Source of the DNA: Caldimicrobium thiodismutans
GTDB taxonomy: Bacteria; Desulfobacterota; Thermodesulfobacteria; Thermodesulfobacteriales; Thermodesulfobacteriaceae
Reading direction: 5' to 3'
Assembly: GCF_001548275.1 (NCBI RefSeq)
Contig: NZ_AP014945.1
Span: forward strand, 690,001-722,000
Length of the DNA stretch: 32,000 bases
Under the pieces are notes generated by a model. That model saw only the letters and a program-made list of their open reading frames with translations. It was not told the origin of the DNA and did not search any database. Positions 25,154-32,000 of the stretch are shown here, piece by piece (position 1 is the stretch's first letter; each line of letters begins with the position of its first letter). The translations under genes were made by a program, and so were the position numbers.

Positions 25154-26281
25154 ATGGATTCACAAGAACTAAAAAATAAAATTATTCAGGCTTTAGAGGA
25201 GCAGGGATTTAAAATAAATCCTCATTTAAGACTATCAGAAGTTAACAAAGTTATTTATCGTCAGGTTCAACAAAAAGCAAAGTTTGAGCAAATATTGAAA
25301 CATAAAAAATTTTTAATAAATTCTATAAAAAAAGTGACAAATTATTGTAGAAATGGGTCTGAAATTATTCCCGGGGAAATTTCTTTAGAATTAAGAGAAG
25401 TTAAATCAGGTTCTATTGAAGAAATTTTATTTAAGTGGTGGAATTTAATCTGGTGGAGTATTCCATTTCAACGATCATATGGTCGTCAAATGAGATTTTT
25501 GATGTGGGATACAACACATGATATGCCATTTGGTTTAATATGTTTGCAAAGTCCTGTTCTAAAAATGTCTGTTCGTGATAATTATCTCGGCATATCTAAG
25601 GATGAATTAGATATATGGGTAAACAAGTCATTGAATGCCCAACGAGTTGGAGCTTTACCTCCATATAATGAACTATTAGGTGGAAAAATGGTTGCTCTTG
25701 CTCTGACATGTAATGAAATCAGAGAGGCTTATAAAAAAAAATATGAAAATAGTATTACAATTCTTAAAGGAAGAAAATTAGAACCAGAACTTTTATTTAT
25801 TACTACCACAAGTGCCTTTGGAAAAAGTAGTTTATATAATCGATTAAAATATAATGATGAAATAGTAGCAAAAAGTTTGGGGTATACACGAGGTTCTGGA
25901 ACATTCCATATTCCAGAAAAGTTATATCAAGAACTTGTAAAATTTTTATCTCTAAAGGGTATCAATACTACAAGAGGATTTGGGAATGGGCCATCAAAAA
26001 AACTTAAACTAATAAGTCTTGCTTTAAAATATCTTGGATTATCTAAATTTGAATATCATGGAATTAAAAGAGAATTCTATTTATTTCCGCTTGTGAAAAA
26101 TTTAAAAGAAGTTATTAGTAAAAAAGAAGAACCTATCTGGTATGACAGACCATTTGAGAAACTGGTTGATTTTTGGAAGGAAAGATGGGCATTACCAAGA
26201 GCTAAAAGAGTCCAGAAGTGGAAAAATTTTGATAAAAATAAATTCTTTTATGAAGTTGAGAGACTTTTAATGGAGTTATAA
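25154..26281 (+). CDS. DUF4338-like protein (the domain found in Druantia DruA)
   Basis: Ordered blocks resemble the DUF4338 consensus as I remember it: GRQMRFLMWD, FGLICLQSPVLKMSVRDNYLGIS, NAQRVGALPPYNELLGGKMVALAL, LLFITTTSAFGKSSLYNRL and GYTRGSG. It lies 36 nt downstream of herA on the same strand and is noticeably more AT-rich than herA. Confidence 0.5.
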   Translation: MDSQELKNKIIQALEEQGFKINPHLRLSEVNKVIYRQVQQKAKFEQILKHKKFLINSIKKVTNYCRNGSEIIPGEISLELREVKSGSIEEILFKWWNLIWWSIPFQRSYGRQMRFLMWDTTHDMPFGLICLQSPVLKMSVRDNYLGISKDELDIWVNKSLNAQRVGALPPYNELLGGKMVALALTCNEIREAYKKKYENSITILKGRKLEPELLFITTTSAFGKSSLYNRLKYNDEIVAKSLGYTRGSGTFHIPEKLYQELVKFLSLKGINTTRGFGNGPSKKLKLISLALKYLGLSKFEYHGIKREFYLFPLVKNLKEVISKKEEPIWYDRPFEKLVDFWKERWALPRAKRVQKWKNFDKNKFFYEVERLLMEL

Positions 26282-26513
26282 TAAAAAATTTTTTGAATAT
26301 GAACTTTTTAATATAGATAATTCTTTTAAAGTCATGCCAAACCCAGAAAAATCTTCAGCAAAGAGGGTAGTATTATAAATTTTAGTTTTCGTATAAAAAT
26401 GAGGGAGGATTAAAATTAAGTCAAAAACCTTGGTTAATTTTAGAGAAATTTTGGTAAAATGCCCTTCTGGAAGCTCCCCAAAAACTAACCAGGAAGGCAA
26501 AGATAAAAAGACT

Positions 26514-28074
26514 TTAATTTAATTTTTCCCAGAAAAAGCCCTTGATATTCCTATCCCCTGAAGAAAACTCTATCCCTATAAGATAAATCTCTTTGAATGA
26601 ACCCTCATACTTCTTATGATACCCCTTCTCCTTAAGTTGAACTAAAGCTTTACCCTCTCCCCCCTCTCCCCCCTCTCCCTCAACCACCTTGAACTCAAAA
26701 AGATAAACCCTATCCCTATAGAGCACCGTCAAATCTATCTGACCCTTATTCGTTATATCCTCAGGGATCACCTCAAGCCCTGACCCACATAAAAAGGCAT
26801 AAAAACAACTTGCATAATACCCCTCATAACGAGAAAGCTCATTCTTCCTGAACCAATCATGGGGTATCCCTGCATAAAGACCCCTCAAGAACCTTCTTCA
26901 TCTTCTCAAAATCCCTCTCCCTCACTGCCTCAATCATCTTAAGAGATAGCCTTGGTCTTTCTGAACTGAGCTGAGTAAAATAAGAAAAAAGAACTCTATT
27001 TAAACTAATCTTTACCTCTTTATTCGGATAAGAAAGCTTATAGAGAATTAACCCTTCCTCTTCAATAGTTTCTTTAATGGTCAAATAACCCACCTGAAAG
27101 AGAAGGTTTTCTGGCTCAATATAGTCAAGGTCAAAGGTGCCAATAAGGTCATCAGTTGCAGTAAGGTCTTCAAGCTCGGGAAGATAAAAACGTTTCTCAA
27201 GAAGAAGTTTCATAAGAAAACTTGGAGTCCCAGTTTCAAACCAGTAGGGGTGGAATTTTTTTTCCTCTAAATAGAGAAGGATATCAAAGGGATTGTAGAG
27301 AGGCTCCCCAAGCCAGGAATAACCATTATACCAGCATTTTATAAGCTTTAAATCCTTATCTTGCAGTTCCTCTCTGAAAACCTCTTCAAGTTCCTCTTGA
27401 GTGTATCCACAGATAGTTGAATACTCCTTGCTTAAAGTAATATCTCTTAACTGATTTAGACCTGAAAAAAGAGAAACCTTTGAGAATTTTGAAACCCCTG
27501 TAATAAAGACAAACTTTAAATAAACATCGGCATCCTTTATAACCCCATAGAGATTCTTTAAATGCTCCCTTAAGGTTAAACTTAGTTCCTTGTTTTCTAT
27601 GCGATCAAGAATGGGTTTGTCATATTCATCTATCAGAACTACAACCTTAGTTTTATATTTTTCATAGGCCTTTTCAATAAGATCCTCAAAAGAAGACCTA
27701 TAATCAGAGGAATCTTCCCAATCTATTTCAAGTGTTTTATAGTTTTTCTTAAGAATTTTTCTTATCCGCAAAAGGAAATCTTCTTCACTTAAGATATTGC
27801 CAGCACCAAAACTTATGTGAATAACAGGATACCTGATACTCCAGTCCCAGTTCTTCTCAAGATAGAGCCCCTGGAAAAGATCTTTTCTTCCGAGAAAGGC
27901 CTGCTTAAGGGTGTCCACAAAAAGGGATTTTCCAAATCTCCTTGGGCGGGAGAGAAAATAGTAAGTTCCCTCTTCAACAAGTTTTGCCACAAAAGGTGTC
28001 TTATCCACATAATAATAGGGTTCACTTCTAATCTTTTCAAAACTTGAAATCCCGGTGGGAAGTTTTTTCTCCAT
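26514..28074 (-). pseudogene. AAA-ATPase-like + PDDEXK_9 (DUF1703) family protein, frameshifted
   Basis: The N-terminal part (28074-26857) has the family hallmarks: LPTGISSFEKIRSEPYYYVDKT, FLSRPRRFGKSL and VVLIDEYDKP. The C-terminal part (26888-26514) has the nuclease core: GQIDLTVLYRDRVYLFEFKV. The two frames overlap at 26857-26888, with a C4/G4 run at 26881-26884. Confidence 0.7.
26653..26679 (-). repeat. 9-bp microsatellite x3 inside the PDDEXK_9 core
   Basis: ccctctccc repeated three times on the plus strand. It encodes GEGGEGGEG immediately after the EFKV catalytic strand. Confidence 0.9.
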
Positions 28075-28157
28075 AACTTTATTTTAAGGCCTCTTTTTTA
28101 AAAAATCAATGTTAGCTTTTACTTATACAATCTCCTTTTTAACTAAGGAAGCCCTAT

Positions 28158-28333
28158 GTAGGATTTAAAATTTTAAACCTTGTAAAAGTTCAAGATTTTG
28201 AACCCCTACATTAATGCAAAAGAACACATAACAGGCAAACACATGGGTTGTCCTTACAAAATACAGGTTTTTTTCCTATAACCGAAGTAGTAAAAAAATC
28301 CTTTTAAGTCTCAAAAGATATGGACGCATACAA
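28158..28333 (+). repeat. REP-like hairpin cluster D
   Basis: GTAG-GATTTAAAATTTTAAACC (28158-28179). GTTCAAGATTTTGAAC-CCCTACa (28188-28210). cacataacaGGCAAACacatggGTTGTCCtTACaaaa (28225-28261). TTAAGTCTCAAAAGATATGGACGCATACAA (28304-28333). Confidence 0.8.
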
Positions 28334-28373
28334 AATCTTGGCAAAAGAGGGATTGAGGTTTATATTTTATAGC

Positions 28374-29291
28374 ATGGCTATTCTTTTTGGCCCTGTTAAA
28401 TCAAGGCGCCTTGGTTTATCCCTCGGAGTTGAGCTTGTTCCCAAAAAAATCTGCTCCATGGATTGTCTTTATTGTGAAGTGGGAAAAACAGATACACTTA
28501 CTTTAATCAGGGCAGAATATATTCCCTGGGATGAGATTGAAAGGGCCCTTTATCTTGCTAAAGAAAGGGAAGGGGAATATGATGTTTTAACTTTTACAGG
28601 AAGCGGGGAGCCAACTCTCAATATTCATTTTGAAAGGGCCATTTATTTTGCTAAAAGTCTAATTAAAAAACCCATAGCTGTTTTAACCAACAGTAGCACC
28701 ATTCACCTGGAGAGTGTCAGAAAAGCCCTGGCTGAGGTAGATTTAGTGCTTGCCTCTCTGGATTGTGCATTAGATAAGTCCTTCAAACTTTTAAATAGAC
28801 CAGTTAAAGAATTAAAGCTCTCTACAATTATAGAGGGTTTAAAGGGCCTTCGCGAAATAATGAAGGGCGAGCTTTGGCTTGAGGTCTTATTTGTAAAGGG
28901 AATTAATGATCAACCTGAAGATCTAAGGGCTTTAAAGGAGGCTATTTCCAAAATTAAACCCCATAAAGTCCAATTAAATACAGTTGTCAGGCCTCCTGCC
29001 TATAGGATAGCTCAACCTCTTACTTTTGAAGAACTTGAAAGAATTATGGTCTTCCTTGGAGAAGGTGCTGAGATTATTACTCCCAAAGAGAAGATATTAA
29101 AACCTCTGGGTATTAAGGAAGATTTAAATGAGAAAATCCTTGATTACTTAGCAAGAAGGCCAGCTCCTCTCACGGAGCTTACAGCCATTTTTGGTGAAAA
29201 TAAAGAATTTTCAAGAATCTTGGAAGAGTTAGTTTCTGCAGGAAAACTTAAAAGGGTCCTCCATCAAAAAGAGATATTTTATTCTACTTAA
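28374..29291 (+). CDS. radical SAM protein (COG0731-like, function unknown)
   Basis: MAILFGPVKSRRLGLSLGVELVPKKICSMDCLYCEVG carries the CX3CX2C cluster. The track start at 28320 lies inside a dispersed repeat module, so I prefer the in-frame ATG 28374. Confidence 0.75.
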   Translation: MAILFGPVKSRRLGLSLGVELVPKKICSMDCLYCEVGKTDTLTLIRAEYIPWDEIERALYLAKEREGEYDVLTFTGSGEPTLNIHFERAIYFAKSLIKKPIAVLTNSSTIHLESVRKALAEVDLVLASLDCALDKSFKLLNRPVKELKLSTIIEGLKGLREIMKGELWLEVLFVKGINDQPEDLRALKEAISKIKPHKVQLNTVVRPPAYRIAQPLTFEELERIMVFLGEGAEIITPKEKILKPLGIKEDLNEKILDYLARRPAPLTELTAIFGENKEFSRILEELVSAGKLKRVLHQKEIFYST

Positions 29292-29298
29292 AAGTTCG

Positions 29299-29862
29299 GT
29301 GAGTTCTTTGACTTTTCCTCAAGAGCAAAGAAGTTTATACAAAAAAATCATTGAGGCCTTGCTTTTTTGTGCAGGGAAACCTCTTAAGATTAGAGATATT
29401 CAAGGAGTTCTTGAAAATATCTCCCCATCTGAGATTGAGAATATTCTTGAAGAATTAAAACTTGATTATAGTAATAGAGGCTTAAGAATTGTAGAGGTAG
29501 CCAATGGCTACAGGGTTGAATCTGCTCCTGAGGTTTCTGAATATTTAAAGAAATATTTTCAGCCTCAAGGTATGAAATGGACACGGGCCCTTCTTGAAAC
29601 CTTAGCTATTATTGCCTATTTTCAGCCTATTTCAAGGGCAGAAATCTCAGCCAAAAGAGGTGGGGTAGAGGTGGGGCCCTTTTTAAAAAGTCTTCTTGAA
29701 AGAGGCTTTATTAAAATAGTTGGAAGAAAAGCTGTTCCTGGAAGGCCTGCTCTTTATGGCACAACTTCTTTTTTTCTTGAATATTTTGGGTTAAAATCTC
29801 TGGAAGATTTACCACCCCTCGGGGAAATGGAAAAACTTCTTCAAAAGGAGGAGGCAGAATGA
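29299..29862 (+). CDS. scpB: segregation and condensation protein B
   Basis: IIEALLFCAGKPLKIRDI ..., two winged-helix halves (LRIVEVANGYRV; TLAIIAYFQPISRAEISAKRG) and C-terminal GRPALYGTTSFFLEYFGL. GTG start. Confidence 0.85.
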   Translation: MSSLTFPQEQRSLYKKIIEALLFCAGKPLKIRDIQGVLENISPSEIENILEELKLDYSNRGLRIVEVANGYRVESAPEVSEYLKKYFQPQGMKWTRALLETLAIIAYFQPISRAEISAKRGGVEVGPFLKSLLERGFIKIVGRKAVPGRPALYGTTSFFLEYFGLKSLEDLPPLGEMEKLLQKEEAE

Positions 29863-30485
29863 TAGGTATCGTTGATTATCAGGCAGGTAATTTAACCAGT
29901 GTAGCAAGAGCCCTTGATTATCTTAAAATTCCGTGGGTTATAAGTTCTGATCCAGAAAAACTCAAATCCTGTGAAAAAATTATTTTCCCTGGAGTAGGGG
30001 CTGCCTGTTCTGCAATGGAGAGTCTTATTAAATTTGGACTTGACGACTTTTTAAAAGAGGCCTTCTATAAGGGAGTCCCGATAATGGGAATTTGTCTTGG
30101 CACACAGATCATTATGGAGGAAAGTGAAGAAGATGGTGGGACAAAAACCCTTGGACTCATCTCTGGTAGAGTGCTCAGGTTTCCCTATCCCCTTATTGAG
30201 GATGGTAAGCATTTGAAGGTGCCTCATATGGGATGGAACAGTGTTTCCTGGCTAAAGGAACACCCGCTTTTAAAAGAAGTTGAGCCTGATTATGAATATT
30301 ACTTTGTCCACAGTTATTATCCTCAGCCTGAAAATTCAGATATTGTTCTTGGTGTCACATCTCATGGAATAACCTTTCCCTCTGGTCTGGCTTACAAAAA
30401 TTTGGTTGCCTTTCAATTTCATCCCGAAAAAAGCGGAAGACCCGGGCTAAAACTGATAAAAAATTTCTATGAATGGAAGGTTTAG
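29859..30485 (+). CDS. hisH: imidazole glycerol phosphate synthase, glutamine amidotransferase subunit
   Basis: IGIVDYQAGNLTSVARAL, PGVGA, GICLGTQ (nucleophile Cys), HSYY and FQFHPEKS. ATGA overlap with scpB. Confidence 0.9.
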   Translation: MIGIVDYQAGNLTSVARALDYLKIPWVISSDPEKLKSCEKIIFPGVGAACSAMESLIKFGLDDFLKEAFYKGVPIMGICLGTQIIMEESEEDGGTKTLGLISGRVLRFPYPLIEDGKHLKVPHMGWNSVSWLKEHPLLKEVEPDYEYYFVHSYYPQPENSDIVLGVTSHGITFPSGLAYKNLVAFQFHPEKSGRPGLKLIKNFYEWKV

Positions 30486-30487
30486 AC

Positions 30488-31012
30488 CTATTTTTTAATA
30501 GGCGCTAATACAGCAATCATCTGTCTTCCTTCGAGCTTGGGTGGAGACTCTACCTGAGCTACTCCTTCAACAGCCTGAAAAATAGCGGCAAAGACTCTAT
30601 CTGCCATTTCAGGGTGAGAAAGCTCCCTTCCTTTAAAGACAACCCTTACTTTAACCTTATTTTTATCCTCAAGAAATCTTAAAATGTGTTTAATTTTTAC
30701 CTCTAAATCGTGTTTATCTGTCTTAGGGCTTAATTTTATCTCCTTTACCTCCACAACTGCCTGTTTCTTTTTAGCCTCTTTGGCTTTTTTTGCCTCATGG
30801 TATAAAAATTCACCAAAATCCATGATTTTACAGACAGGTGGAGTAGCAGAGGGTGCAATTTCAACCAGATCTAAGCCATATTCCTCTGCCATGCGTAAGG
30901 CCTCCCTGAGGGGGACTATCCCTATTTGTTTTCCCTCTGGACCTATCAAGCGAACCTCCTGAGCCCTAATTTTTTCATTAACCCTATACTTGTGCTTTAA
31001 ATCCTTTTGCAT
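30488..31012 (-). CDS. infC: translation initiation factor IF-3
   Basis: RVNEKIRAQEVRLIGPEGKQIGIVPLREALRMAEEYGLDLVEI, then a lysine-rich linker and a C-domain (KEIKLSPKTDKHDLEVK). Located downstream of thrS, as in many bacteria. Confidence 0.9.
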   Translation of the reverse strand: MQKDLKHKYRVNEKIRAQEVRLIGPEGKQIGIVPLREALRMAEEYGLDLVEIAPSATPPVCKIMDFGEFLYHEAKKAKEAKKKQAVVEVKEIKLSPKTDKHDLEVKIKHILRFLEDKNKVKVRVVFKGRELSHPEMADRVFAAIFQAVEGVAQVESPPKLEGRQMIAVLAPIKK

Positions 31013-31114
31013 GCCCTCCTCCTAAATTAATTTTATCACCCCCTTTTGAAGATAGCTCTGGGACCTTTAAGCTGTATCTTTTGATAAAAACTGATAGTAA
31101 AACGCTGAGTTTCA

Positions 31115-32000
31115 TCAAGAGGATAGGGGTTGACTTTCAGCTTTGAGACTTTGCAGAAAATCAGCCAGACTTACACCCTGCATAACTTCACCTGATCTTT
31201 TCCTTATGCTAAGGCACTGAACTTCCTCTTCTTTATCGCCAAGGATGATCATGTAAGGCACCTTTTCAAGCTGAGCAGCTCTAATTTTGTAATTGATCTT
31301 TTCGCTCCTGAAATCTCTTTCCACTCTGAAACCTGTTTTTTTAAGTTCTTGAGTTACCTTTTCTGCATAGGGGATATTTCTATCTGTCAGGGTTAAGACT
31401 TTGATTTGCACAGGAGCAAGCCAGAAAGGAAAGGCCCCAGCATGATGTTCAATTAGAACGCCAAAAAACCGCTCTAAGGAACCAAGAAGGGCTCTATGAA
31501 TCATGATGGGCCGATGAAATTGATTGTCCTCTCCAACATAAACCAGGTCAAATCTTTCAGGAAGATTAAAATCCACCTGAATAGTTGAACATTGCCAGAA
31601 ACGCCCAAGGACATCTTTTATTTTAAGATCAATCTTTGGACCATAAAAAACTCCCTCTCCAGGGTCTATTTCATAGGCCAGGCCTTTATGCTCTAAGGCC
31701 ATCTTAAGGGCCTCTTCAGCTTTATTCCAAATCGCAGGTTCTCCAACAAATTTCTCTGGCCTGGTTGAGAGATAAATCTGATACTCATTAAACCCAAAAA
31801 GTTTAAGAAAATAAATCACCAAATCTAAAACCTTTATTAATTCTTCTTCCAACTGGTCTTCTCTACAGAAAATGTGAGCATCATCCTGAGTAAAACCTCT
31901 AACCCTTAGGAGCCCGTGCAAAACTCCACTTCTTTCAAAACGATAAACTGTTCCCAGTTCACATAGTCTTAAGGGAAAGTCTCTATAGCTTCTTCTTTTT
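31115..32000 (-). CDS. thrS: threonine--tRNA ligase (C-terminal part; gene continues beyond the window)
   Basis: The frame stays open to nt 32000. My translation of 31922-31999 gives [26 protein letters not shown], running into [18 protein letters not shown]. Class II motifs and the anticodon-binding C-terminus follow. The track start at 31921 is an internal TTG. Confidence 0.9.
   Translation of the reverse strand, partial: KRRSYRDFPLRLCELGTVYRFERSGVLHGLLRVRGFTQDDAHIFCREDQLEEELIKVLDLVIYFLKLFGFNEYQIYLSTRPEKFVGEPAIWNKAEEALKMALEHKGLAYEIDPGEGVFYGPKIDLKIKDVLGRFWQCSTIQVDFNLPERFDLVYVGEDNQFHRPIMIHRALLGSLERFFGVLIEHHAGAFPFWLAPVQIKVLTLTDRNIPYAEKVTQELKKTGFRVERDFRSEKINYKIRAAQLEKVPYMIILGDKEEEVQCLSIRKRSGEVMQGVSLADFLQSLKAESQPLSS

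Noticed and set aside
26276-26500. 74-aa minus-strand ORF (TTG start) between the DUF4338 gene and the AAA-ATPase pseudogene
   Set aside because: It has a non-ATG start, no SD and no motif I recognise, and it overlaps the DUF4338 stop. It may be a gene fragment, but it is unsupported.

Overview
AT-rich bacterial chromosome segment. TolC, BON and lipoprotein signals indicate a diderm, and the K/E/I-rich proteins suggest a thermophile. All domain calls come from reading motifs in the supplied translations; no searches were run.

Housekeeping flanks:
- Left: frr-uppS-cdsA-HD-ddl (0-3.6 kb), a BON lipoprotein, a TIGR01212-type radical SAM gene, and a five-gene MacAB/TolC-type efflux operon on the minus strand (5.8-11.4 kb).
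- Right: radical SAM-scpB-hisH and a convergent infC-thrS (28.4-32 kb).

Between the flanks lies about 17 kb of accessory mosaic:
1. A very AT-rich seven-gene operon (11.9-18.6 kb) whose products all carry a signal peptide or TM helices. It is built around a secreted BON-caspase and also encodes a DUF4384-like lipoprotein, a glycine-zipper protein, two polytopic membrane proteins, a TPR protein and a zinc-ribbon membrane protein.
2. A disrupted parallel beta-helix surface-protein gene.
3. A coiled-coil/PD-(D/E)XK gene containing a 21/42-bp tandem array.
4. A NurA-HerA-DUF4338 (DruA-like) operon behind a perfect consensus promoter. This is my top candidate for an undescribed system.
5. A frameshifted AAA-ATPase/PDDEXK_9 gene.

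These modules are separated by clusters of GTAG-flanked hairpins (REP/REPIN-like). The clusters include a ~160-bp inverted pair 16.2 kb apart.

I found no rRNA, tRNA, CRISPR array, integrase or transposase.
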